Part shown: positions 43,849 through 54,283 of the stretch, piece after piece
Layout of the letters: every line of letters starts with the position of its first letter
Position numbering within the stretch: the stretch's first letter is position 1
NCBI GenBank assembly: GCA_963719725.1
Contig: CAVRCU010000001.1
Span: 797,416-861,415, forward strand
Direction of reading: 5' to 3'
DNA: 64,000 nucleotides
Source: an uncultured Solirubrobacterales bacterium
GTDB taxonomy: Bacteria > Actinomycetota > Thermoleophilia > Solirubrobacterales > Solirubrobacteraceae
Made by a program: the position numbers and the translations under genes
The notes under the pieces: generated by a model
The model's input: only the letters and a program-made list of their open reading frames with translations
Databases searched by the model: none
What the model was told of the DNA's origin: nothing

Positions 43849-44961
43849 GACCGCGCAGAAGGCCGGGAACGCCGAAGTGCTGACCGGCCGCATCGCCGAG
43901 TACCAGGAGCTGCTCGACGTGCTCGACCAGAGGCCCGGCCTCACGGTCATCTCCGGCGACCCCTGGAGCGGGACGAGCGCCCTGCTGGCCGCCGCGATCG
44001 ACGAGCTCCACGGCACGCGCGTGCTGGTGGACGCGCGCAGCTGCGCGGACAGCCGCGACCTCGCCACGGCGATCGCCGACACGGCCATCGCCCAGCTCGC
44101 CCCCGACGCGGCCGCATGGTGGGCGCAGACAGCGCCACCCACGAGCGCCGCCGGCCTGCGACTCGCACGCACCCTGCATCAGCGCGGCATCGATCTCGAG
44201 GATCTTCGCTCCGAAGCCGGCACGGAGATAGGAGGGCACCACCTTTCTGACGTCATCGAGCTGCTGCTCGCACTCGCAGACGGCGACGCGCTGCTCGCGA
44301 TCGACCACCTCGGACTGATGCTCTCATCCCTATCCGACCAAGAGACCCGCGAACTCCTTGGAGACCTCCGCGCTGCCCGCCAGCGACACCCGCATCTGGA
44401 TCTCGTTCTGGTCGAACATCCCGACGGCCCCAGCAGCAAGGCCCTGGAGGACAGCGGCCACCCCCTCTACCACGCCGGACAGCTCATGAGCATCCGCCGC
44501 GCAAAGCCCTCGCGCTTCATCGACGACCTCGTCATCACACGCCCCTGGACCAAGGCACGCGCCGAGTTGATCGGCGCCGCAGCCGAACTCGCGGCCGGCG
44601 TGCCGGCTCTCACCTGGCGCATCATCGACCTCGCGCCCTCCCGTGGGGAGGACACCAGACCCGCGCGCTTGCCGGCTGGCGACGTCTGCGAGAGACGACC
44701 GCCAGCTTGACGGCCCGCGAGTGGGACCTGCTCAGGCGTGTCCATCCAAGTGCGCAGCCGGTCGTAGCCGCGATCAGCGTAGGATTCAGACCACACGCCG
44801 TCGCGGCCAACCCCAAGAGCGTCAACGACGCCCTCGCGCGCCTGCGCGAGCTTGGGTTGGCCTGGCAGCCCCAGCCACGCACGTGGGCACTGGCGGATCC
44901 ACTGCTCGCCGCGTGGGCACGCGACCACGCGCCTCCTTGGGTGCGGCGCCGGGGAGGGTAG
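43841..44961 (+). CDS. Degenerate ATPase paralogue with C-terminal winged helix (frameshift near 44660)
   Basis: LTGR, GDPWSGTS (no Walker A Lys), LAIDHLG, AAGVP; ends ALARLRELGL...WALADPLLAAW. Confidence 0.7.
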
Positions 44962-45139
44962 GGAAGACACGAATGCGCGTCGTCTGTCGCCGGAGCGGAT
45001 GGCGGAACCGGGAGCGCTGCCATTCCCGGGCGAAGCGAGAGCCCGTCGACCGTCATCGGGTACGCCTACTCATCGTCCGTTGCGGGCCTCTCGCGAGGCT
45101 CTACGGAGACGTCTCCCTTAACGCGCAAGCACAAGCGTC

Positions 45140-46336
45140 TAGTGGTTCATTCGGGAAGTTCGTGGATTGTTGAAGGGGTGTCGTGGTGTTTGCCGAACCT
45201 GTTGCTGTGGTGTCCAGCGATGATGGGGGTTCGGTATGCCTGCTTTGGCGAAGCGCATCGAGATCGGCGGGGACGATCGAGCGGAGCTCGAGCGGATCGC
45301 GCGGTCGGGCACCGAGCAGGCGCGGATGGTCGAGCGTGCTCAGATCGTGCTTGCATGCCGCTGAGGGCCGGTCGGCTGCGCAGATCGGGCGTTTGTTGGG
45401 GTGCTCGGAGAACACGGTGCAGAAGTGGCGTGCGCGCTATGAGCGGGATGGGATCGCTGGGCTTGGGGACTTGCCGCGCTCCGGTAAACCGCTCGTGTAC
45501 TCCCAGGCGGACAGGGCGAGGCTGATCGCGAAGGCGTGCACGCGCCCACCCGAGACGCCGGAGGGCGCACAGCAGGAACGCTGGACCTATGAGCAGCTTG
45601 GGTGAGGCGGTCGGGATGTCGGGCTCCCAGGCGCACGTGATCCTCTCGCGCGCGGATATCAAGCCGCACCTGACTGAATACTGGATCATGAGTGACTTCT
45701 CCCAGCCCGAGTTCGAGGAGCGCCTGGGCGAGATCTGCGGTCTTTACGTGAACCCGCCGGAGAACGTGCTGGTCGTCTCCTTGGACGAAAAGACCGGCAT
45801 CCAGGCCAAGGCGCCGACCAAGCCAGACATCCTGCCCGCTCCCGGGCGCCCGACCAGACGCGAGCACGAATACACCCGCAACGGCACACAGTGCCTGTTC
45901 GCCTGCCTGAAAGTTCACGACGGCGATGTGCTCGCGATGGCGTCAAAGACCCGCAACCGCTTCGACCTGATCCGCTTCCTCGACCAGCTCGACTCCGAAA
46001 TCCCCGTCGCTCGAGGGCCAGAAGATCATCGCGGTCAGTGACAACCTCTCCACCCGCGGCACCCAAGAGGTCACCGACTGGCTGGCAGAAGCACCCGCGC
46101 TGGAGCTTCCAGTTCACCCCGACCCACGCCTGGTGGCTGAACCAAATCGAGATCTTCTTCTCGATCCTCTACCGTCGGCTACTCAAGCACGGCATGCTTC
46201 TTCAGCGAGGAAGACCTCGCCGAGCAGATGCTCGCATTCATCGAGACCTACAACCAGACCGCCAAACCATTCAAGTGGACCTACACCGGCAAGGTCCTCC
46301 AAGCATAAACCAACGAACTTAACGGATGAACCACTA
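45140..46336 (+). mobile_element. IS630 family insertion sequence
   Basis: IRs TAGTGGTTCATTCGGGAAGTTCG / TAGTGGTTCATCCGTTAAGTTCG inside CTAG (TA duplication); motifs DLPRSGKP, SLDEKTGIQA, EYTRNGT, DNLST, WLNQIEIFFS; several indels. Confidence 0.93.
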
Positions 46337-46574
46337 GGTGTGGACGTCAGACAATGAGATAGGGCTGCGGATGCCAAGGATGACGGGTGCAGTCGCAGCA
46401 ACTCGCAGACTTCTGCTTGTGAGCCCGAGCGAGCGCGCCAACGGACACCGCTCACGCTTCTGCTTTGACGGCGAGGGACCGCTCGCCTCGCCGCTCCGCT
46501 GACTTCTGCTCCTGGGCGAAACCAGGCATGCCAGGCGTTGAGATTGTTGCCCGGTGTGGGCAGGCGGGGGCGTG

Positions 46575-47213
46575 TCAGGCGCGGACAAGCACACAGGCGG
46601 ATCGCAACTCGCGAGATGGTAGATCCCACCCGGCCCACAGTGCGGCTGCGGCAACGAGCGAGAACGGGCGCTCCGTCTCATCAGCGTTCGCGTCCCCGGG
46701 CGTCGGTAGCTGCGCGCAGAACGCCTCCATTCCGATCCGCGCGTCCTCCTCGTGAGTCGGACCCTTCGCTGCGCCGCTGACGAACGCCTCCCACAACAAC
46801 AGGCCGCTGCGCTGAGCGGCAAACGGCGTCCACTGCAAGTGCAGTCCCGCGTCGGGAACTTGCTCGCGGATGTAGCGCATGAGCCAGGGGACTTGCGCGA
46901 GACCCGTCGCCAACACCGCTCCGCCGGGGCCGGATGACCACGACGGGGCATTGACGTCGCACGGACGCGCCTTTCCCAGACGTGACGACTCAACGGGCAC
47001 CGGCACGAACAAGGGCATCTCGAAACCAAGTGCGACCGGGTGCTCCTGCTTGAGCTGGTAGACGACTGCCCGCGCGAGCGATTCGATGTTCCCCGGCGTA
47101 TGGACCCCCTCATCGTCTGAACCAGGGATCCGACGCGCCCACGCGAAGTGTTCCTGCGCGATCGATCCGATGTCCGCACAGAACACCTGAAGGGAGTCGG
47201 TCCAGTCCGCCAT
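46575..47213 (-). CDS. Hypothetical protein, DUF429-like (putative RNase H-fold nuclease)
   Basis: FCADIGS, ALGFEMPL, LWEAFVS, HEEDA acidic motifs; family assignment by pattern only. Confidence 0.5.
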   Translation of the reverse strand: MADWTDSLQVFCADIGSIAQEHFAWARRIPGSDDEGVHTPGNIESLARAVVYQLKQEHPVALGFEMPLFVPVPVESSRLGKARPCDVNAPSWSSGPGGAVLATGLAQVPWLMRYIREQVPDAGLHLQWTPFAAQRSGLLLWEAFVSGAAKGPTHEEDARIGMEAFCAQLPTPGDANADETERPFSLVAAAALWAGWDLPSRELRSACVLVRA

Positions 47214-47260
47214 TGGCCGACGGTACACGGCTGTCGTGCTCCCAGATAGCGTGCCTGCCC

Positions 47261-47974
47261 ATGTCGAGCAGGCGGGCACGACGAACTCGGGTGACGCTTC
47301 GCTGTCTGCGCGAGGATCTGAAGATCGAGCTGCCACCCGTCGAGGTCGATCTTGGCGGGCTCGATCACGCGCTCGTCGGTGAGGCGAGGCGTGTCGCGCC
47401 TGCGGCGCCGCGTGGACAGAAGCGCATCCTCTCGATCGAGCGTCCGCTCGTGTACCGGCTGCGCCACGGACGGTGGCGTGGCGCGACTTGGTTGGAGGCC
47501 GATGCTGGACGGTTCTGGCTGTGCGCCGGCGCACAGCGCGAGGAGGGCTCCGGCGAGGACGCCTACGAGCTCTTCGCTGCGCTGCATCGAGCGGGACGGC
47601 TCCTGCCCGATGACGATGACCGGCTCCGTGACGCGCTTGAGCGCAACGCCCGCATCATCGACGACGCCGCCGACTCGATCGCCTCCGTCCTCGCCGATGC
47701 CTTCGATCATCGGGGCCGCGATGTCGCGGTCTCGTTCGGCGGGTTGATCGACGCTCGTCTGCACGTCACCGCGCCCGGCGAGGAGGTGTGGGTTGCGATT
47801 GGGACTCAGGCGGCCGACGGGCGCTTCGTCGAGGAGCGCCTGCGGGACGTGCTCTTCGGCTTGGTCTTGGCGGCCGCGGAGGCTGAGCTGTGGGAGCCTC
47901 GTGCGGACTGGCCTTCGGGTGAGCTTGCCTGGTTCGAGGTCGCTCGCCTTGGGTTGCGTGAGCCGCCGAGCTGA
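47261..47974 (+). CDS. Hypothetical protein with RelE/ParE-like N-terminal half
   Basis: VYRLRHGRWRGATW...FWLCAGAQR...DAY. Confidence 0.5.
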   Translation: MSSRRARRTRVTLRCLREDLKIELPPVEVDLGGLDHALVGEARRVAPAAPRGQKRILSIERPLVYRLRHGRWRGATWLEADAGRFWLCAGAQREEGSGEDAYELFAALHRAGRLLPDDDDRLRDALERNARIIDDAADSIASVLADAFDHRGRDVAVSFGGLIDARLHVTAPGEEVWVAIGTQAADGRFVEERLRDVLFGLVLAAAEAELWEPRADWPSGELAWFEVARLGLREPPS

Positions 47975-48234
47975 TCGGAGGAGACCCCGCCGACTCGCTG
48001 CACGTCGGCCTCCTCGACGCCGAGCGAATACGCGAGCGTCGCGCTCTTGCCGCCCAGCAGCGCGTGCTGCGCCTGTTCCATGCGCTGCGCGAAGTCCTCG
48101 CGGTGACGCTCGACGTACTCGTCTACGGCGCGCTCGACAAGCTCGGCCTGCTTGAGGCCCGCCATCAGCGCGGCGTAGCGGACCTTCTCCTTGGTGGCCT
48201 CATGAACCTTGATCGGGGACTGTGCGCGCAGCAT
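47806..48234 (-). CDS. Ribbon-helix-helix protein (true end probably ~47975)
   Basis: SPIKVHEATKEKVRYAALMAGLKQAELVERAVDEY. Confidence 0.6.
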   Translation of the reverse strand: MLRAQSPIKVHEATKEKVRYAALMAGLKQAELVERAVDEYVERHREDFAQRMEQAQHALLGGKSATLAYSLGVEEADVQRVGGVSSDQLGGSRNPRRATSNQASSPEGQSARGSHSSASAAAKTKPKSTSRRRSSTKRPSAA

Positions 48235-48329
48235 GGGATCGCTCGGTACTTCGGTACCACAGATGGTAGCATGTGGTGCTGGCGCCCGGTGCGACCCGGC
48301 CCTGCCACAGTACGATGGAAGCCATCAAT

Positions 48330-48402
48330 GCCGACGTAGCTCAGCTGGTAGAGCACCGCCATGGTAAGGCGGGGGTCAAGGGTTCGAGTCCCTTCGTCGG
48401 CT
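48330..48402 (+). tRNA. tRNA-Thr (GGT), intact
   Basis: GCCGACG/CGTCGGC; CCGCC-ATGGTAA-GGCGG; AAGGG-TTCGAGT-CCCTT; TACGAT -10 at 48311. Confidence 0.97.
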
Positions 48403-48410
48403 CTCCATTT

Positions 48411-48645
48411 TTTACCGCAGCGTCACCGCAGTTCGGTATAGGTTTTTTTCCGTATTTGTCCGCGTTTGTCCGCTCAGCGGCAGCCGCGAAACCCTCGTGA
48501 AGGAGCAGAATATGGCGTCCTGCCTACAGATTGGGCGCCTTGCGGGGGCCTCCTTACCATAGTAGGGGCCTTCTACGGCGTTTTCCCAGCAAAAGCAGTA
48601 CTTCCCTCACCGCCCCCCGCGTTCGTTACCGCAGGGGTACCGCAA
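48411..48645 (+). repeat. Paired short direct repeats, candidate integrase arm sites
   Basis: ACCGCAG x2 (48414, 48425), TTTGTCCGC x2 (48455, 48465), TACCGCA x2 (48627, 48638). Confidence 0.55.
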
Positions 48646-48780
48646 AACCGTTCGCTCGGACGCACGAACCCGAGGATTGTGGCCCCCCTGCCAGACGCCC
48701 GTCTCGAGCGCACGAGCCGCGCGCACCGCGGCCCGCAAAGAATCTAGGGGGTATCGGCCCGTCGCGCTCGACGTCAGGCC

Positions 48781-49140
48781 ATGGGCGCAAGCCAGGTCAA
48801 ATCGAAGCGACGCCACGGACTCCTGAGCTCAGCCGAAGCGGCGGTCGCGCTCGGGATCTGCGAGCGCACGCTGCGTCGCTATATCCAGTCCGATCGCATC
48901 CGCTACCGCCGCCTTCCGGGCGGGCACTACCGGATACCCGCGGAGGCGATTCCCGAGTTCTGGGCAGAGAGCGATCGCCGCAAGCAAGCGCGGCCTACGA
49001 GCAGGCGCCCGCGAGCGGCTGCACGCTCCACGAGCAGGCGCGGTCCCGTGCCCGAGCTCGAGCGCGACGAGGAATACGACCTCTCGCCCGAGCACCTGGC
49101 CGAGGTCCGCGCGCAACTCGCCGGCACCCAAACCCTTTGA
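48781..49140 (+). CDS. Excisionase-like HTH (HTH_17/MerR-like)
   Basis: LLSSAEAAVALGICERTLRRYI...RLPGGHYRIP. Confidence 0.85.
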   Translation: MGASQVKSKRRHGLLSSAEAAVALGICERTLRRYIQSDRIRYRRLPGGHYRIPAEAIPEFWAESDRRKQARPTSRRPRAAARSTSRRGPVPELERDEEYDLSPEHLAEVRAQLAGTQTL

Positions 49141-49159
49141 GACTGAACGGAGCTTTTCG

Positions 49160-50602
49160 ATGACTAGACCCTGGAAGAAGCAATGGCCGCGCATCGGTGC
49201 GAGCGGCAAGAAGTCCTACGTCCTCGGCTACTACGACCATGAGCGCGTCGAGCGCTCAAAGACGTTTGGCTCGGTCGGCGGCGTGGGCGGTGCCCGCGAG
49301 TGGATGAGCGACTACGCGGCCGCGGAGCGCCGCGGCCCGGACAGTCTGCGCCGCTTCCTGGAAGACCTGGACGCGCAGGAGGCAAATGTCGTGCAGGACG
49401 GGCGCACTCTCGGACAGGTGGTGTTGCTGTACTTCGCGCTGGACGCCGACCCCGAGCTCGACGGTGGCCTTGCGCCTCAGACATTCGCTGGCTATCAGAC
49501 GGTTGCGAACTGCCACATCCTCGGTGGTGTGATGCACAACCACAAACACGAGCCCATCGGCCGGGCGAAATACGCGACCAGACTCGCGGCGCTACCGGCC
49601 GTCGGCTTCAACGAGCCGCACGCGCCCCGGCAGTGGCGCGCGGAAATGCTCGCGGCCGGGAAGACCCAGCCGACCTGCAAGGAGGCTTGGAAGGTGCTCT
49701 CCGCGGCCCTCAGCTGGGCCGCGGCCTCCCACCACGTTCCGGAGATCGCGACGAATGGGTGTCTGCTGGCAAACGAGCGCACGACCAACCGTCGTCGCTC
49801 GGTAAGGGCGGCCGGCAGCGGCCGGGGCGCGCGCGGCCGCAGGCGCAGCGCAAAGACGCCGAGCTGGGCGCTCTCCCCGCAGGCTGTGGAGGCTATCCGT
49901 GCGCAGATGCTTGCTCGGACGAGCGGGCGCGATGCGATCCTCGCCAAGCGCGACGCGTTCATCGTCAGCCTGCAGTACGGCCTCGGCGCTCGCAACCAGG
50001 AGGTCTGGGGAGTGCGGTGGAGTGCGCTCGCTGAGATGTTCGCGGAGATCCTCGAGGTCATCTCCTGGGGTGAACTGAACGAGTATGGCAAGACCGCGCA
50101 CTCAACCGAACGGCGCTGCGCCGTGCCGGGCATCTTGTGGGAGGACGCCACCGAATGGCGCGCGGCACTACGTGCTTGGGGGCACCCGGCGCGCGACGTC
50201 GACTTCGTGATCCCCGGTGACCTTGGCGGCAAACGCTGGGGAGTCAAGGACCCTGCCACTGGGGCGTGCCACCTGACCCTGAACCAGTGCAAGAAGTGGG
50301 GCAAAAAGTTCTTCAACCCCGCCGTCGTCGCGGTCGCCAAGCGCCCGGAGTTCGCCACGATTGCGGGCGCCACGCCCTACTCGCTGCGGCGCGGTGGAAT
50401 CTCGGTGCGGCTGCGTGCCGAGGACGCACAGACCGTCGCCCAGGAGTGCGGCACGAGCCTTCAGATGCTCGACAAGCACTACCGCTTCGCAATCGACGAC
50501 CTGCGCCGATTCGGCCCAAGACCATTCGATGAGGTCTGGCGCGCGGCACGGGACGCGCACGAAGCACCGGAGGAGCCGCCTGCGCTACGCCTCGCGGCCT
50601 AG
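49160..50602 (+). CDS. Tyrosine recombinase/integrase 2
   Basis: GLGARNQEVWGVRW, GKT, PYSLRRGG, CGTSLQMLDKHY; follows xis and tRNA. Confidence 0.88.
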   Translation: MTRPWKKQWPRIGASGKKSYVLGYYDHERVERSKTFGSVGGVGGAREWMSDYAAAERRGPDSLRRFLEDLDAQEANVVQDGRTLGQVVLLYFALDADPELDGGLAPQTFAGYQTVANCHILGGVMHNHKHEPIGRAKYATRLAALPAVGFNEPHAPRQWRAEMLAAGKTQPTCKEAWKVLSAALSWAAASHHVPEIATNGCLLANERTTNRRRSVRAAGSGRGARGRRRSAKTPSWALSPQAVEAIRAQMLARTSGRDAILAKRDAFIVSLQYGLGARNQEVWGVRWSALAEMFAEILEVISWGELNEYGKTAHSTERRCAVPGILWEDATEWRAALRAWGHPARDVDFVIPGDLGGKRWGVKDPATGACHLTLNQCKKWGKKFFNPAVVAVAKRPEFATIAGATPYSLRRGGISVRLRAEDAQTVAQECGTSLQMLDKHYRFAIDDLRRFGPRPFDEVWRAARDAHEAPEEPPALRLAA

Positions 50603-50772
50603 ATCGACCGCTTCCTCTGGCGTGGCACACCCTCCGAGTTTTGTTCGCGTCCGATCAAGCGCACACCTCTCCTGTCGAGTGTCGTGGCGAGGGCCGGTTT
50701 CCCCCCAACCAATTTTCGCGGTAGGTCGATGGGGGTCGGCGGAGCCCCTGGAAAGCTCCTATCTTGTTCGTT

Positions 50773-52174
50773 ATGTTCGGCATCGTTGAACGCATGATCC
50801 TCGTTGTCCTCGGCGCAGCCCTGCTCGCCTGCATGGTGTTCTCCGGGCAGGCGTCCGGCGAGGTCGGCGTGCCGGCGGGCACCACGGAGCAGGCGGCGGC
50901 CGACGCGCTGTTTCTGGACTACGCGCCCGCGCCGGCGACCCCTGGGATCGTCTGTCTCGTCGACTCAGGCGTCGATCCCAATCCCGACACAACCCCGATC
51001 TTCGCCGGCAGCTACGCGCTGTCGCCGAACACGAACACCGAAGACGAACTCGCGGCGCTGAATCCGCCGCTGCCCGGAGGGCACCCCGACGGGCACGGCA
51101 CCTACATGGCGATGCTCGCGGCGGCGCCGGCCAACGGTTGGGGGATGGTCGGCATCGCCCCGACCAGCGTGCGCGTCTACAACCTCAAGGCGCTCGCCGC
51201 CGGGCAGACCACCTTCGTGTTCTCCACCTATGCAGCCGCGATCTACCGCTGTCAGGCGCTGAGCAGCTCGCTGCCGATCACGGTCGTGAACCTCAGCCTC
51301 GGATCGAGCACCCAGCCGAGCGCCAGCGAAGTGGAAACGCTCGAAAACTATGTCAAGTCAGCGAACACGCATGGCCTCAGCGTCGTCGCGGCGGTCGGTA
51401 ATGAAGCCGGCCAGGTTCAGGCGCCCGCCGATGTGCAGGGAGTCTTCGGCGTCGGCGCCTCAGATGCCAACCCCGTGAACCTCGGCGGCCTGTGCCCGTT
51501 CACGAACCGCGGGCTCGGCTTGGCCGTGCTCGCGCCCGGCTGCGCGAGCCAAGCCGGCGGGGCCGGAAGGCATCGAAATCGCATTCTCAGACGACGGCTC
51601 CCCGGCGTGGGCGTATGGCACCAGCGAGTCCGGCGACATCGTCTCGACCGTCGAGGCGAGCATGCGCGCCTACTCACCGACGATTACCTACTCACAAGCA
51701 CAGGGATGCATAACCTCAACCGCGAGCAACGACGGCAACCTCGATGTCGCCGCGGCGTTCAACGCGTGCGGCCTGGGCCAAATCGTCAGCGAGGGCACCG
51801 CCGCCTACAAGCAGGCCAACAGCTCGCCGGTCAAGCCAAGCGGACCGCCCGCCGCGACCCTCACGCCCCCACCCCGGCCCCCACGCCCAAAGATCACGAA
51901 GGTCACGTTCCGCCATCACCGCCTCACGATCACGGTCGCGGATATCCCCAAGGGCCTCGACCTCCAGCTCGTCGTCCAGGCCCGCAACCCACGTGGACAA
52001 ATGATCACGCTCGGACACATCACCACCACCCGCACGAAGGCCTCCATACGGGTGCCCAGATGGGACCGGATCGTGGCCCGATTCCTCGCCGGGAAAACAC
52101 AGCTCCCAGTGGTGATCGCCAACCGCGTCGCGCGTCGCAAGCACGCGCCCGCTCACGGGCACAGCGTACGATGA
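50773..52174 (+). CDS. Secreted S8 (subtilase) peptidase (frameshift near 51560)
   Basis: Signal peptide; CLVDSGVD, DGHGTYMA, VVNLSLG, AAVGN; GTSES in the +1 frame. Confidence 0.85.
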
Positions 52175-54057
52175 GGCGTCTGCTGGCCGTCGCCGTGTTC
52201 CTCGCGCTAAGCGCGACGACCCTCGGCACGGCCGACGCCGGGACCTATCCGGTGAGCGCGTGCGCCACCCCCGCGCCGACGGTCAACAACGCTTGGCAGC
52301 GGTTCAACAACGACCCGGCTTACTTGGAAACCAGCGCCAACTGCGGCGCTCCCGAAATCACCGGGCTCAGCCCGTCCACGTCTGGTATGGCCGCCGCCGA
52401 TATCCGTGGCCTATCGACGAATGTGCCCGCAGGCGCAGCCGCGGGCTGGGAGATCACCGCGCCTACCGGTGATGAGATCAGCGCGATCAACATGGATCGC
52501 GATCTCTACGAGCAAGGCGAAGGGTGGGTGCCCCAGATCATCGACGCGGAAGGCAGCCAGCTCCCCGGGGAGACCTGCGCGTTCTCTACCAGCGGTAGCC
52601 TCCCTGGCTGTGAGGTTTCCGGGTTCTCCGAACACACCGGCCTCGCCACCACGCGTCTGGAGATCGAGCTGCTCTGCGAGCCCGAACCGTTCCAGCTCAC
52701 CGTGTGCGGCAACGGTTCCTCCCTACATGATGCGCGCGTCGAGCTGAACAGCGCCACCGTCACAATCACCGACAACCAACCGCCCCAGCTCTCCTCCACG
52801 AGCGGTGCGCTGTTCGCCGGTGGCCTCGCGCGCGGGACGCTCTCGGGGACGGTCGACGGCGCGGATAACAGCGGCGTTCAGTTCGCGCGCCTGTACGTCG
52901 ATGGCGCCCCGGTCTCCCAGCAGTCGTTGGCTTGCAACTTCACGCTGCCGGCGCCCTGCCCGGCGAGCTCGAGCAACCAATTCACCCTCAACACGAGCAC
53001 GCTATCCAACGGTCCGCACCAGATTCAGGCGGCGATCATCGACGCTGCCGGCAACCAGACGCTCGGCAACCCCGTCGCGCTCACGGTCGAGAACTCGTCC
53101 CCGAGCGCTCCGAGCAGCCTGCAGGTCAACGGGCGCGGAAGCGGCGCGTGGATCAATCAGCCTGCGACGGTCACCTGGACGAATCCCACCCAGCCGCAAG
53201 TCGATCCGATCGGCCAGGTCAACTGGATCGCGTGCGCCGGCATCGTGACGAGCATCCCTCAGAGCGGCTGCGATGCGCTGCACACCCAGACGAGCCCGCT
53301 GGCCGCTCTCATGTTCGACCCTGCCCAGGACGCCACATTCGCCGGTCAGCCGCAGGCGCTCTACACCGTGTTCGTGTGGCTTTCAGACGCGATCGGGAAC
53401 GCCATGCAAACTAACGCGGCGGCGATCAGCTTCGGCTATCAGACGACCCCGCCGCCCGCGCCGCGCTCGATTGCCGCCAGCGGCCACGGCCCTTACACGA
53501 TCACGCTCGGCGCGCCCGCGCACCTCGCACCGATCGTCGCGAGCGACTGGATCGCCTGCAACAGCGCCCGGACGTGTACGTCGGCACAGTCGAGTCCCGG
53601 CCTGTCGTTCCGGTTCGACGCCGCCCACATCCCGCAGTTTCAGCACGACCCTCACAGCTCCTACACGATTCGGGCGTGGCTCACCGATGCCGCGGGGAAC
53701 GCCGATCCCGCGAACAGCGCGACGCTCGCCCTCACCTACGGTAAGTCGGCAAGAGAAGCCCGCGGACTCCGGATCCTCCGCTTGACGCGCAGCGGGCGCG
53801 CGCTGCAAGCGCGTGGCGCTGCCGCCCGCTCCCTCCTCGGGCACCTCACGGTCCTCGTCCACTACACGCTCCACACGCGCGCGGGCACAGTCCAGAAGAC
53901 GATCCGTGTCGCCCGCGGAAAATGGTCCGCCAGCATCGTTCTCCCCGCCGGCGCGCTGACCGTCCGCGTAACCGTCGTCCACCACAGCAGCGTCCACTTC
54001 TCGGCCCAGATGGTGACCCGCCAGGTGCGCCACGCCCACGCCCTGGGCCAGCGCTAA
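52171..54057 (+). CDS. Secreted Cys-rich protein with Ig-like domains (array member 1)
   Basis: MRRLLAVAVFLALSATTLGTADA signal; DNSGVQ..LYVDG, NGPHQIQAAIIDAAGN; ATGA overlap with S8 gene. Confidence 0.8.
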   Translation: MRRLLAVAVFLALSATTLGTADAGTYPVSACATPAPTVNNAWQRFNNDPAYLETSANCGAPEITGLSPSTSGMAAADIRGLSTNVPAGAAAGWEITAPTGDEISAINMDRDLYEQGEGWVPQIIDAEGSQLPGETCAFSTSGSLPGCEVSGFSEHTGLATTRLEIELLCEPEPFQLTVCGNGSSLHDARVELNSATVTITDNQPPQLSSTSGALFAGGLARGTLSGTVDGADNSGVQFARLYVDGAPVSQQSLACNFTLPAPCPASSSNQFTLNTSTLSNGPHQIQAAIIDAAGNQTLGNPVALTVENSSPSAPSSLQVNGRGSGAWINQPATVTWTNPTQPQVDPIGQVNWIACAGIVTSIPQSGCDALHTQTSPLAALMFDPAQDATFAGQPQALYTVFVWLSDAIGNAMQTNAAAISFGYQTTPPPAPRSIAASGHGPYTITLGAPAHLAPIVASDWIACNSARTCTSAQSSPGLSFRFDAAHIPQFQHDPHSSYTIRAWLTDAAGNADPANSATLALTYGKSAREARGLRILRLTRSGRALQARGAAARSLLGHLTVLVHYTLHTRAGTVQKTIRVARGKWSASIVLPAGALTVRVTVVHHSSVHFSAQMVTRQVRHAHALGQR

Positions 54058-54283
54058 CGAGCCAGAGCGGCGCGAAGAGTTCCACATACCGTAGCAATCC
54101 GCTACATTAAGCATCATCTGAAGTACAGGGTACGCACGGAGGATCGGACCCATTTCCCCACTCGGACAGGCACTACGGATGCCGTGCATAGGCCACGGAA
54201 TTTGTTGGGGGGGAAAGCGTCCTCGCCAGCGACGGCGGACCATGAGCAGAAGGTCACCGGCGCGAAGCTAGGAGGCAGAGCGG

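Noticed and set aside
50764..54057. 1097-aa protease-Ig fusion in the ORF track
   Set aside because: A frameshift near 51560 hides the catalytic Ser; the S8 gene ends at 52174 and a new signal-peptide gene starts at 52171.
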